A DNA stretch of 52,146 nt, from assembly GCA_016180285.1 (NCBI GenBank), contig JACPBO010000009.1, positions 1 to 52,146 on the forward strand, read 5' to 3'. Origin of the DNA: Candidatus Woesearchaeota archaeon (GTDB taxonomy: Archaea > Nanobdellota > Nanobdellia > Woesearchaeales > JACPBO01). Both the position numbers and the translations under genes were made by a program. Shown in pieces: positions 26,725 through 36,864 of this stretch; within the stretch, counting starts at the first letter, position 1; each line of letters begins with the position of its first letter. Below the pieces are notes generated by a model. That model was given only the letters and a program-made list of their open reading frames with translations. It was not told where the DNA came from and did no database searches.

Positions 26725-28251
26725 CTACTTTATTGAGTGGCCTGCATATTCAAATTCGAGCTCAGAATTAACCAGCCTTCTCAGTGTTTCCTTTAAATCC
26801 TTGATTTTTACCCTTATCTGCTTTGTGTCATCCCTGTTTCTCAGCGTGACATCGTGGTTTTTCAGGCTGTCAAAATCAACTGTTATGCAGTACGGAGTTC
26901 CTGATTCGTCCTGCCTGGCATACCTTCTTCCTATGCTGCCTGATTCATCATAGAAACAGCTGAATTCCCTGTTTAAATCATTCAGAATTTCTTTTGCTTT
27001 TTTGTCAAGGCCTTCTTTTTTGATTAATGGGAAAATGCCTGCTTTTATCGGAGCCAATTTTGGATGCAGCTTCAAAACAACATTTTCTCTCTTTTTATCA
27101 TACTCATATGCGTCAAACATAAATGCCAATAAGGCGCGGTCAACTCCCTGCGAGGGCTCGGATGCAACAGACGGGATGACTTTCTGTTTTGTTGCTTCAT
27201 CGAAAACGCCCAAATCCTTTTTTGAGAATTTCATGTGCTGCTTCAGGTCAAACTGCTTTCTGTCAGCGTTTCCGTGAATTTCTTTCCAGCCGAATGGGAA
27301 TTTATACTCAATGTCGAAGCAAGCGCCGGCATAATGCGCCAGCTCTTCTTCTTTGTGCTCCCTTAACCTTAAATTTTCTTTTTTAATGCCTAAGTCTGTG
27401 AACCATTTGTAGAAGGATGCTAACCAATAAGCATGCCATTTGTTTGCAAGATTATTTTCAGCCAGCTCTTTTATTGTTGTTTCCTTGTGTTTTCCGTCTT
27501 TTTTCTGGGCATCTGCTGTTAAAACATTTATTTTCATGCCGCTTATTTCATCAAAAAATAAACATTCGTCTGTTTTATCAGGATGAGTGAAGAATTCAAT
27601 CTCCATCTGCTCGAATTCCCTGCTTCTGAACAAAAAGTCTCTTGGAGAGATTTCATTTCTGAATGCCTTTCCCATCTGAGCTATTCCGAAAGGCAGCTTT
27701 GCCCTTGCGTTTTCCTGCACAAGCTTGAAATTTGCGAATATTAACTGCGCTGTTTCAGGCCTTAAATAAGCAAGAGAATTTGCGCTTTCAACAGGGCCGA
27801 TGTTTGTCCTGAACATCAGGTTGAACTGCTTTGCATTCTCGAATTCGCCATGGCAGTTCGGGCAGCCTATATTGTTATCTTTTATTAGTTTATCAATGTC
27901 TGTGGCTGACAATCCTTCTGCGGCGATGTTGAGAAGATCTGCAACCAATGAATCGCCTCTTATTCTTGCATGGCATTTCTTGCATTCGACTAAGATATCT
28001 GTAAAGCAGTCAGCGTGGCCAGATGCCTGCCATACTTTCGCGCTTGTTATTATTGCGCCGTCAATGCCGAAAACATCTTCTCTTTGCTGGACAAACCTTT
28101 TCCACCATTCTCTTTTTATATTTTCTTTTAATTCAACTCCCAAATGGCCATAATCCCAGAATCCAGCCATTCCGCCGTAGATTTCAGCATCAGGATAGAC
28201 AAAGCCTTTCCTCTTGCAGAATGTTGCCATGTCAGCGATTGTCAATGCCAT
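26725..28251 (-). CDS. glyS: Glycyl-tRNA synthetase, alpha2 (archaeal/eukaryotic) type
   Basis: EIYGG, YLRPETAQ, FRNEISPR, REFEQMEIEFF, LAHYA, EPSQGVDR, SIGRRYARQDE. Confidence 0.96.
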   Translation of the reverse strand: MALTIADMATFCKRKGFVYPDAEIYGGMAGFWDYGHLGVELKENIKREWWKRFVQQREDVFGIDGAIITSAKVWQASGHADCFTDILVECKKCHARIRGDSLVADLLNIAAEGLSATDIDKLIKDNNIGCPNCHGEFENAKQFNLMFRTNIGPVESANSLAYLRPETAQLIFANFKLVQENARAKLPFGIAQMGKAFRNEISPRDFLFRSREFEQMEIEFFTHPDKTDECLFFDEISGMKINVLTADAQKKDGKHKETTIKELAENNLANKWHAYWLASFYKWFTDLGIKKENLRLREHKEEELAHYAGACFDIEYKFPFGWKEIHGNADRKQFDLKQHMKFSKKDLGVFDEATKQKVIPSVASEPSQGVDRALLAFMFDAYEYDKKRENVVLKLHPKLAPIKAGIFPLIKKEGLDKKAKEILNDLNREFSCFYDESGSIGRRYARQDESGTPYCITVDFDSLKNHDVTLRNRDDTKQIRVKIKDLKETLRRLVNSELEFEYAGHSIK

Positions 28252-28501
28252 GGCATCTGAAAAACAGCAGGGGTATTTAAAATTTGCTTTATTTTTGCTT
28301 TGTTGTTAATTTATTTATCAAAAAGGATAATTTAGACAAAATAAAAAGAAGGGGACATACTCATTCTCCTATTTCTTTTGCTCTTTTCTAGATGGATTTT
28401 ATGTATTTTATGGGCAATGAACCTATTGCCGCTTTTATAAACACATAAATATAATCTCTGTCTGTCATTAATTTTTATGCCATAACTTTTTGCCATACTC
28501 T

Positions 28502-28981
28502 TTAATTTGAATTTGGTTTAATGAATATGCTATAGTGCCCCATCACCCCAAGTGGTCTTCCGCCTCTTGTTTCTAGCTCCGTATATTTTATATTATTCAC
28601 TTCTCGACCATATGTTATTATAAATGGCGTGTCTTTTATTGTTGTTTTTCCTTGAAATAAAATTTTCATCTCGTTGTTTATCATATTCTCTAAAAACTTT
28701 AAAGCCTCCTCTCCATTATTTACTGAAGATTCTTTCTGCTTCCATGCCATAAATCCATCGGCAACAATGTCCCAATAAAGAGCGACTATTTCTACCTTAC
28801 ATAGACCATATTTTTCTATTTTCTCAAAATCTTCTTTAGTAGCTGGTCTTCCTTCTGTAAACGGTTTGTATAGGTCTCCATCAGACTTTGTTATTTCTTC
28901 AAGGCGGGTAGCCCATCTTTCTTTATACTCTTTCCCTTTGCTTAAATCATCTATAGTTTCTACAACTTTTCGAATTATCAT
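28502..28981 (-). CDS. Hypothetical protein
   Basis: GGAGGT Shine-Dalgarno before the ATG at 28981. AT-rich, divergent from the HTH regulator. Confidence 0.7.
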   Translation of the reverse strand: MIIRKVVETIDDLSKGKEYKERWATRLEEITKSDGDLYKPFTEGRPATKEDFEKIEKYGLCKVEIVALYWDIVADGFMAWKQKESSVNNGEEALKFLENMINNEMKILFQGKTTIKDTPFIITYGREVNNIKYTELETRGGRPLGVMGHYSIFIKPNSN

Positions 28982-29050
28982 TCTTATTACCTCCACAAAT
29001 TTATTTTATTTACTATGTAGTTATAACTAACCTTTTATATCTAATTTTAC

Positions 29051-29064
29051 CCTGCATATGCAGG
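29051..29064. promoter_or_regulatory. Perfect 14-bp palindrome CCTGCATATGCAGG, candidate operator
   Basis: Lies between two divergent TATA-like boxes, next to an HTH regulator gene. Confidence 0.55.
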
Positions 29065-29107
29065 AAGAATAGCAAAATTTAAATAGAAGGCATGCTTTAA
29101 CTTCATT

Positions 29108-29761
29108 ATGTGGGTAGCGAAATTCAAAATCTGGCACAAGAATTGTTTAATCAGGCCAAGATGCGTAAAGTATAAAGTAACGGACTTTGTTTATTTAATA
29201 AATTCATGGACAGAAAAAAACAAATTTTACTATACAGAGCTTCATATTCTGCAGGGCAAAGAAGAAAACAAGAAAAAATTCATCAGGGACTTAAAAAAAG
29301 AAGAATCAATAAAAAAACTAGAGCAAGAGGGAAATCACATCTTCACCCTTAATGAAGAACCTGCTGAAAAACAATATTTTTCTCCTGTTTTCGATCCAAA
29401 AATAATTCAGGTTAAGCCAGTTGCGCAAAGAACAGACGGCTATGAAGACTGGGAATTGGCATGTTGGGATAAAGAAACTTTAATGAAGATCATGGATGTT
29501 CCTGTTTTTAAAGTCGAATTAAAATTCATACAAAACATAAAACTGGGAGATATCTTCCTTCCGCATATTTACCCAAAACTTTCACCAAAACAAAGAGAGG
29601 CAGTTGAACTGGCGGTAAAAGAAGGCTATTACGAATACCCCAGAAAGATTGATTTGGAAACACTAGGGAAGATTTCAAGAGTAAAAAGACAAACATATCA
29701 AGAGAATCTTAGACGAGCCGAAAGGAAATTGATACCGTTCTTAATAGAAAGCTCAGCTTAA
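29108..29761 (+). CDS. Bat/HTH_10-type transcriptional regulator
   Basis: LSPKQREAVELAVKEGYYEYPRKIDLETLG...YQENLRRAERKL. Confidence 0.9.
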   Translation: MWVAKFKIWHKNCLIRPRCVKYKVTDFVYLINSWTEKNKFYYTELHILQGKEENKKKFIRDLKKEESIKKLEQEGNHIFTLNEEPAEKQYFSPVFDPKIIQVKPVAQRTDGYEDWELACWDKETLMKIMDVPVFKVELKFIQNIKLGDIFLPHIYPKLSPKQREAVELAVKEGYYEYPRKIDLETLGKISRVKRQTYQENLRRAERKLIPFLIESSA

Positions 29762-29805
29762 ATTTTTATTCCATTCGCTTTTTGAAATAGAAATATGCTT
29801 CAGTT

Positions 29806-31047
29806 TCATCTCTTCTGCATCTTCTCGTTCATTGATTTTAAATTGTAAAGAATAATCCTCTGAAGAACAACTGACAGCTTTTTGTCATTCCTTGCTTTTG
29901 AGCCTTTTGTTGAAAACAAATATTCTTCCAACAATCCCAAGGGAATGTCGGGCATTGGGAATTTCTCAGCCCTTAATAGATGGAATGCTATCAGCCTTGT
30001 TGTCCTGCTGTTTCCATCAGTAAAAGGATGAATGTGTTGGAAGGCATTATGGAAATATGACACAAAATCGAGTATTTCCTTTACTGATTTCTTCTTTTTC
30101 GCAGCAAATGAATTATATTCCCGCAATAATGCATTTAATTCGGGCTCTATTTTGCCAACAGAAGCAACTTTAAAATCAGGATTGCCTTTTATATAAACAG
30201 GAACAGTTCTCAGCTTTCCAGCAATATCTGGCCTGTGCTGCATTGCAAGATAATGATAATTAAGAATAGACTCTTTTGTCAACAGCTTTTCTGAATCTTT
30301 AATCATTGCTTGAATTGCTTTTTGGTAGTTTTGGACTTCCTGCACGGTTTCAACGCTTAGCTCTTTGGGAATGATGTGGTCTTTCAGCAGCCTGATTGTA
30401 TCTGGCAAGGTTATTGGATTTCCCTCTAAATTCAGGCTGTGCTGAATAAACTTTACCTCATATTCTTCTATAATTTCAAGATACCTTTTATTGTTCTTTT
30501 TCCTTAATTTTAAAAATTTGCCTAATTCAGATTCGATCTCATCAAGGTATGCTTTTTCAGGGTATTTTGGCTGCATTAATGAGCATCCAAAAAATCCAGC
30601 TAAATCCTTGAGAAAGCTATTGTAAGGAATTGTTGCTTCCAATGGCTTCTTAGAAAGCAGTATCAGCAAGCCGCATTTTGAAAGTATTTCCACATATTTT
30701 GCAAATGTCCTTGGATTAAGGCTGAAATCCCTGACTGAAAACTTGGGCTTGGCAACAGCTTTGCAGATAAATCCGGCAATCTTTGCGTCCAATATTTCAT
30801 TATAATTTATTTTATTTGCAATGCAGAATTTAATAATATTAAACAATAAATCGCTCTTTGCCGACCCCATGGCCTGAAAACCCTGTTCGTTCTTTGCAGC
30901 AAACCTGTTTTTTTCAAGATCTTGAAGCATCTTGTAGATGTTATGATATTCAGCACCTGACTTTCTGAATGCTGAGGCTATTTCTTGAGGCTTTAAGGCA
31001 GTTCCTTTCTCATACATGTATTCAAATACATCATATTTTGTTACCAT
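29806..31047 (-). CDS. Fic-domain protein with N-terminal winged-helix region
   Basis: HPFTDGNSRTTR Fic motif and SLNLEGN inhibitory-type helix. Confidence 0.9.
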   Translation of the reverse strand: MVTKYDVFEYMYEKGTALKPQEIASAFRKSGAEYHNIYKMLQDLEKNRFAAKNEQGFQAMGSAKSDLLFNIIKFCIANKINYNEILDAKIAGFICKAVAKPKFSVRDFSLNPRTFAKYVEILSKCGLLILLSKKPLEATIPYNSFLKDLAGFFGCSLMQPKYPEKAYLDEIESELGKFLKLRKKNNKRYLEIIEEYEVKFIQHSLNLEGNPITLPDTIRLLKDHIIPKELSVETVQEVQNYQKAIQAMIKDSEKLLTKESILNYHYLAMQHRPDIAGKLRTVPVYIKGNPDFKVASVGKIEPELNALLREYNSFAAKKKKSVKEILDFVSYFHNAFQHIHPFTDGNSRTTRLIAFHLLRAEKFPMPDIPLGLLEEYLFSTKGSKARNDKKLSVVLQRIILYNLKSMNEKMQKR

Positions 31048-31176
31048 GCTATTCTTATAATGAGAACTCCTTAATAAACCTTTCTATTTAGCATTAAAAG
31101 TTAATAAATATTTGAATTTTAGTGCAAAATAGCACATTTTATGGTCCGCTTGACTTGATTTAGCAATCTATACTCA

Positions 31177-31259
31177 CGGACAAAATCTATTGAGCAATGG
31201 TTGTCCGCTCGTAATAAGTAAAAGGCATATTTATTGCTCAAATTTTTGTGCCTTTTACT
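31177..31259. other. Two adjacent hairpins with mutually complementary loops (possible structured RNA or terminator)
   Basis: Stems CGGACAA/TTGTCCG and AGTAAAAGGCA/TGCCTTTTACT. Loop segments TTGAGCAAT and ATTGCTCAA. Confidence 0.45.
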
Positions 31260-31267
31260 ATATCTGT

Positions 31268-32428
31268 TTATTTGCCCATCAGCCAATCTTTTTCTTCTTC
31301 GTTTAAATCAAGATAATCCGCGATCCTCTCTGCCTCTTTTTTGTTTTTCCTGAATATGACCTGCATATAAGGCAGTGTATCCTTTATGATCTCTTTCTGC
31401 GAAGAATGGGTTTTCAATGCGATCTTTTTTGCTATTTCCTTTCTTTTCATATACTTCATTTTAGCGTGCCACAGCTTGAGGATCCTTGTTGTCTGGCAGT
31501 ATTTTATGAATTCGCTGTTTTTCTGCTTCTTTGAAACAGCAACGCCTGCTCTGCCTCTTAAAACATCTGCTTTGCTCAGCATATCATAAGCATTTGCCAA
31601 GTCTTCAGGATCAGTGTATTCTTTCGGAAGGTTTTCGTCAACCCAAAGGAAGCATTTGTCAATGTCCTCGTCAACATTTTCAAAAGCTGCTACAGCTATA
31701 TTGGCGTCTTTGATCTTGAACACTTTTACAAGCGCATTAAGTATGGATTCCTGCTTGTTTCTCTCTGCAACATCTTCGACATCTTTTCTGATTAATTCTT
31801 TTCTTTCTTCTGCAAGCATCTGGAGATCAGTTATTGCTGCCCTTAAGTCGCCGCCTGCTCTTCTTGCAAGGCTCTTTAAAGCAGGCTCCTCATATTTGAT
31901 GCCTTCTTCAGAGGCTATTTTTTTGAGAACAGTAAAAACATCTAAAATATCTAATGACTTGAATTGAATAAGCTCTGACTTGCTTCTTAATGAGCTGAAC
32001 TTGTTGCCCCATGGATCATTTGAAATCAGAATTATTGGGAAGGTTGTTTTTTCAATCAGCTTTATTATTGCCTGTATTCCGCCCCTGTCCTCATTGCCGC
32101 TTAATCCGTCAATCTCATCAATAAGGATGATTTTGCCTTTTGAGAATAAGCTCATCTGATGCACTGCATTGCCGACTTTAAGGTTGATCTGCTCTTCATT
32201 CCTGAAATCAGAGGCGCTTGTCTCGACAATTTCAAGGCCCAGCTCATTTGCAATCGCATAAGCAGCAGCTGTTTTTCCGCTTCCTGCAGGGCCGTAGATG
32301 ATTGCGGCCCTCTTCTTCTTATTTTTGAAATTAAAGGCAAAGTCCTTCAGCTGCTTTAAAGCTGCATCCTGGCCGTGAACATCTGAAACTTTCTTCGGCA
32401 GATATTTATTCACCCACAAATCTTCCAT
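31268..32428 (-). CDS. rfcL: Replication factor C large subunit
   Basis: LWVNKYLPK, GPAGSGKT, SASDFR, LIDEIDG, GDLRAAI, WVDENLP. Confidence 0.93.
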   Translation of the reverse strand: MEDLWVNKYLPKKVSDVHGQDAALKQLKDFAFNFKNKKKRAAIIYGPAGSGKTAAAYAIANELGLEIVETSASDFRNEEQINLKVGNAVHQMSLFSKGKIILIDEIDGLSGNEDRGGIQAIIKLIEKTTFPIILISNDPWGNKFSSLRSKSELIQFKSLDILDVFTVLKKIASEEGIKYEEPALKSLARRAGGDLRAAITDLQMLAEERKELIRKDVEDVAERNKQESILNALVKVFKIKDANIAVAAFENVDEDIDKCFLWVDENLPKEYTDPEDLANAYDMLSKADVLRGRAGVAVSKKQKNSEFIKYCQTTRILKLWHAKMKYMKRKEIAKKIALKTHSSQKEIIKDTLPYMQVIFRKNKKEAERIADYLDLNEEEKDWLMGK

Positions 32429-32528
32429 AAGGGAAGTAATGGCTGTTTGTTTATTAAGTTTTTTATAGTGGAATATCTAAAATGCAAAACAATAAAGCAT
32501 ATAAACCGCCGGATAATAACAAAGCCTG

Positions 32529-32858
32529 ATGAAAACAATAGATGTCAAATTCAAAAAAATTGAGATCTGCAATTATTCGCCAAGGGAAAATACAATGGAC
32601 ATCAAGATAACAGTAGACAATAACGGTCAGGAGAAGCAGTTTTTGAAAAAGGACAAAATAGGCAATCCGGGTGATCTTGCGCTTTACATCCTGTCGCATA
32701 TAAAGAAGTCGATCAAGGAGAAGAGCCTTGACAGCGAGGAAGGGCCTCTTGGAGGAATAGTTGTTGTAAGGCTGAATGACGAGGAGATCATAGACAAGAT
32801 GACTAAATTCTTATCGGGAGTAAAAGACAGGATAAACCACATATTTCAGGATGGCTGA
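32529..32858 (+). CDS. Hypothetical protein, C-terminus possibly frameshifted
   Basis: ORF divergent from rfcL, with a TATA-like box upstream. Confidence 0.65.
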   Translation: MKTIDVKFKKIEICNYSPRENTMDIKITVDNNGQEKQFLKKDKIGNPGDLALYILSHIKKSIKEKSLDSEEGPLGGIVVVRLNDEEIIDKMTKFLSGVKDRINHIFQDG

Positions 32859-32951
32859 GAAGATAAACGGATTGGCTATGAATTTTTGAATTTCAGATAA
32901 TTTCCTGTTTTTTTCAAAATCTTTAAAAACAGCAGATTAAATTCTATTGTT

Positions 32952-35375
32952 ATGGAACTGCCGCAGAACTATAGCTTCAAGGAAGCTGAAAAGAAGTGGA
33001 ATGAGCACTGGGAGAAAGAAGGCATTTACAAGTTTGACCCAGATGATGAAAAGAGAGAGATCTATTCAATTGACACTCCGCCTCCTACAGTCAGCGGCAA
33101 GATGCATTTAGGGCATGCTTTCAGTTATTCCCAGCAGGATTTTGTTGCAAGATTCCAGAGAATGCTTGGAAAGAATATTTTCTATCCTTTCGGAACAGAT
33201 GACAATGGGCTGGCAACTGAAAGGCTGATTGAAAGCTTAAAAAATGTAAAAGCATCGCAGATGGACAGGAAGGCATTTGCAAAGATTTGCCTTGAAACAT
33301 TGGAGAAGGAGCTTAGGCCAGCGTATATTTCAGACTGGAAAAGAATGGGCATGAGCTGCGACTGGAGCATCTATTATACTACAATAAACGAACACTGCAA
33401 AAGAATCTCACAGCGGTCTTTTGTTGAGCTTTATAGAATGGGTCGCATCTATAGGAAAAGAGCCCCTTTTGTTTGGTGCCCTGAATGCCAGACAGCAATT
33501 GCGCAAGTTGAAATGAAAGACAGCGAAAGAGAAAGCAAAATGGTTTACATGAAGTTTGACACAAACAAAAATGCGCAGATTATTATTGCAACTACAAGGC
33601 CAGAGCTATTGCCGGCATGCGTCGCTATACACATACATCCTGATGACAAAAGATACAAGCACCTGATCGGGGCAAAAGTAAAAGTACCCTTTTCTGGCAG
33701 GGAAGTAGCAATAACTACGAACAAAGATGTTGACATGGAGTTTGGCTCAGGAATTGTATATCATTGCACATACGGCGACATGGATGACGTTAAATGGCTT
33801 GATGAGCTGAAAATCCCCCCGATTGAAATCCTCAACAAAGACGGAACCTTGAATGAGAAAGCCGGCCGCTTTAAGGGGCTTCACGTAAAAAAAGCAAGAG
33901 ATGCTGTTATAAAGGCGCTGGAAGAAGAAGGAAGAATCGCAAAAATAGAGCCGATAAGGCATGTTGTAAATGTTCATGAAAGATGCGGCACAGATATCGA
34001 AATTCTTAATACAGACCAGTGGTACATAAAATATCTTGACCTGAAAGAAGATTTTATCGGCTACGGAAAAAAGATGGCGTGGCATCCTGAGCATATGCGT
34101 GTAAGATATGACAACTGGATCAATGGCCTGAAATGGGACTGGAACATCTCAAGGCAGAGGCATTTTGGAGTGCCAATCCCTGTCTGGTACTGCAAGAAAT
34201 GCAGCGAGATTATTGCTGCAGATGAAAGCCAATTGCCTGTTGATCCCCTAGTTGACAATCCGTTAAAAAAGTGCAAATGCGGCTCAAATGAGTTTATTGG
34301 CGAGAAAGATGTCCTTGATACATGGGCAACATCATCATTGACGCCAGACATAGCAACAGAGCTTTTTGACAAAAAAATTCAGAAAAAACTGCATCCAATG
34401 AGCTTGAGGCCGCAGGCGCATGACATAATCACATTCTGGCTTTTTAACACAGTTGTAAAGAGCTATTTCCATCATAAGAACATTCCATGGCAAGATATAA
34501 TGATTTCCGGATTCGTGCTTGATCCGCACGGCAAGAAGATGTCAAAAAGCAAGGGAAATGTTGTGGAGCCGCAGTCTGTTGTTGATAAGTATGGCGCTGA
34601 CTGCCTTAGGTTCTGGGCAGCAGGCTCTAAATTAGGAGAGGATCTTCCTTACCAGGAAAAAGATTTAGTTACAGGCCAGAAATTCATAATAAAATTATGG
34701 AATGCATCAAAATTCTGCTTTATTCATCTGGAGAAATATGAGAAAGGCAAAAATATAAAATTGGAGATGATTGACAGGTGGCTGCTGTCTAAATTAAACA
34801 GGATCATAAAAAATGCCACACACTCATTCAATGAGTATGAATATTCAAAAACAAAAGCTGAAACAGAAAACTTCTTCTGGCATGTTTTCTGCGATTATTA
34901 CCTCGAGATTGTAAAGGACAGGCTGTACAATTCAGGAAACTATTCTGAAGAGGCTGTTGAGTCTGGAAGGTATGCTTTATACGCTTCTTTGCTGGCAATA
35001 TTGAAGCTGATGGCGCCAATAATGCCGTTCATTACAGAGGAAGTCTTTCAGCTGTATTTCGCAAAAAAAGAGAAAGAAAAAAGCATACACATTTCAGAAT
35101 GGCCCAAGTTTGATGAAAAATCAGTTGATGAAAATGCTGAAAAAATCGGTGAATTAGCCTGTTATGCTGTTGAGGCTGCAAGGCAGGCAAAATCCGAGAA
35201 GAAGATCTCATTGAAAGAGCCGGTTAAGAAGATGGTCTTAAGAGGGAAGGTTTCAAAAGAAGATTTCAAAAAGGTTGAGAAAGACATAATTGCCACAACA
35301 AAGGCCCAGGAAATAATTTATGAAGAATTGAAGAAGGATTCCAAGGCGGATTTTGAGAATGTGATTGAATTATAG
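32952..35375 (+). CDS. valS: Valyl-tRNA synthetase
   Basis: DTPPPTVSGKMHLGH, TTRPE, WNISRQR, DTWATSS, KMSKS. Confidence 0.97.
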   Translation: MELPQNYSFKEAEKKWNEHWEKEGIYKFDPDDEKREIYSIDTPPPTVSGKMHLGHAFSYSQQDFVARFQRMLGKNIFYPFGTDDNGLATERLIESLKNVKASQMDRKAFAKICLETLEKELRPAYISDWKRMGMSCDWSIYYTTINEHCKRISQRSFVELYRMGRIYRKRAPFVWCPECQTAIAQVEMKDSERESKMVYMKFDTNKNAQIIIATTRPELLPACVAIHIHPDDKRYKHLIGAKVKVPFSGREVAITTNKDVDMEFGSGIVYHCTYGDMDDVKWLDELKIPPIEILNKDGTLNEKAGRFKGLHVKKARDAVIKALEEEGRIAKIEPIRHVVNVHERCGTDIEILNTDQWYIKYLDLKEDFIGYGKKMAWHPEHMRVRYDNWINGLKWDWNISRQRHFGVPIPVWYCKKCSEIIAADESQLPVDPLVDNPLKKCKCGSNEFIGEKDVLDTWATSSLTPDIATELFDKKIQKKLHPMSLRPQAHDIITFWLFNTVVKSYFHHKNIPWQDIMISGFVLDPHGKKMSKSKGNVVEPQSVVDKYGADCLRFWAAGSKLGEDLPYQEKDLVTGQKFIIKLWNASKFCFIHLEKYEKGKNIKLEMIDRWLLSKLNRIIKNATHSFNEYEYSKTKAETENFFWHVFCDYYLEIVKDRLYNSGNYSEEAVESGRYALYASLLAILKLMAPIMPFITEEVFQLYFAKKEKEKSIHISEWPKFDEKSVDENAEKIGELACYAVEAARQAKSEKKISLKEPVKKMVLRGKVSKEDFKKVEKDIIATTKAQEIIYEELKKDSKADFENVIEL

Positions 35376-35460
35376 GTGGTTTGGATTTTTACCCTGCTTT
35401 CTGTGATAGCTTATGCATTCGCAGCAGATCCCGTGCATTCTTTCTTGTTAACAAAATCTA

Positions 35461-36864
35461 TCATATCTTCTTCCACCTTACGCCTTCAGGAGTGTCCATC
35501 AGTTGAATTCCCTTTTTGAGAAGTTCCGCCCTTATTCTGTCTGCTTCTGCCCAGTTCTTGTTTTTTCTTGCAGTTTCCCTTTCATCTATCAGTTTTTTAA
35601 CTGCAGAAGGCAGCGCTTCCTCTTTTTCTTCCATGATTCCCAGAACTTTGTCAGCTGAAAAAATGAAATCAAGGGCATCTTTTGCATCTTTTTCGCTTAT
35701 TTCCCTGTTTGCCAGCAAAATATTTATCTCTCTCATGAAATCAAAAAGAGAAGCCAATGCAACTGAAATGTTCAAGTCATCGTCCATTGCAGACTCGAAC
35801 TCTGTTTTCGCTCTTTTTATCAGATTCTTTGCCTTTTTGCTACTTTCTTTTTTTACCTCTTTATGATCTTTTAAGCTCAAAACAAAATCCCTGAATTTTT
35901 CAACTGTTGATTCTGCTGCCTTTAATTCGTCAAATGTAAAATTAAGCTGCTGCCTGTAATGATTGGAAATGAGCAAATACCTTATTGCCTTCGGCTTATA
36001 GCCTTTGCTTATGACATCTCTCAAAGTGTAGAAATTCCCCAATGATTTTGACATCTTTTTTCCTTCTACAAGAAGCCACTCATTATGGAGCCAGTAATTC
36101 ACGAATTTTTTTCCTGTTGAACCTTCGCTCTGCGCGATCTCATTCTGGTGATGGGGGAAGACAAGATCAATGCCGCCGGTATGGATATCAAAAGTTTTTC
36201 CCAAATATTTCATTGACATTGCCGAGCATTCCAGATGCCAGCCCGGCCTTCCTTTTCCAAGCTCTGTCTGCCAGTAAACATTTCCGTCATGCTCGTCCCA
36301 TGCTTTCCACAGGACAAAATCAGATGCCTCTTCTTTTGCATATTCATCCTGCTTGACTCTTGCTCCGGCTTTTAATTCCTCCACCTTGATATGCGCAAAC
36401 TTTCCGTAATCCTTGAATGTTGAAATGTCATAATAGACTGATCCGTCTTCGCCTTTGTAAGCATGGCCTTTTTTCAGCAATGCCTTGACTAGCTCAACCA
36501 TTTCCCTTATGTGCTTTGTGGCTTCAGGATAGTATTCTGCCTTTTCAATGTTTAATGTTTCGAGATCTTCAAAAAATATTTTCTTGTATTTTACTGTGAA
36601 TTCGTCCAATGTTGTGCCTTCTTTCTGGCTGCCCTTTATTGTTTTATCATCAACGTCTGTGAAATTCATTACCTGCTTTACTCTGAAGCCTTTGTACTCA
36701 AAATACCTTCTTAATATGTCTGCGGTAAGAAAAGCCCTGAAATTTCCGATATGGCCGTAATCATAGACGGTCAAACCGCAACTATAAATTCCAACTTCTT
36801 TCTTGCTTATGGGCCTGAATATCTCTTTTTTCCTTGTTGATGTGTTGAAAAGCTTCAATGGCAT
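35461..36864 (-). CDS. cysS: Cysteinyl-tRNA synthetase
   Basis: CGLTVYDYGHIGN, GRPGWHLECS, DIHTGGIDLVFPHHQNE, KMSKS. Confidence 0.97.
   Translation of the reverse strand: MPLKLFNTSTRKKEIFRPISKKEVGIYSCGLTVYDYGHIGNFRAFLTADILRRYFEYKGFRVKQVMNFTDVDDKTIKGSQKEGTTLDEFTVKYKKIFFEDLETLNIEKAEYYPEATKHIREMVELVKALLKKGHAYKGEDGSVYYDISTFKDYGKFAHIKVEELKAGARVKQDEYAKEEASDFVLWKAWDEHDGNVYWQTELGKGRPGWHLECSAMSMKYLGKTFDIHTGGIDLVFPHHQNEIAQSEGSTGKKFVNYWLHNEWLLVEGKKMSKSLGNFYTLRDVISKGYKPKAIRYLLISNHYRQQLNFTFDELKAAESTVEKFRDFVLSLKDHKEVKKESSKKAKNLIKRAKTEFESAMDDDLNISVALASLFDFMREINILLANREISEKDAKDALDFIFSADKVLGIMEEKEEALPSAVKKLIDERETARKNKNWAEADRIRAELLKKGIQLMDTPEGVRWKKI

Noticed and set aside
29785..31089. 9-bp inverted repeat AAATAGAAA/TTTCTATTT around the Fic gene
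   Set aside because: Low complexity and overlapping the BRE region, so likely chance.
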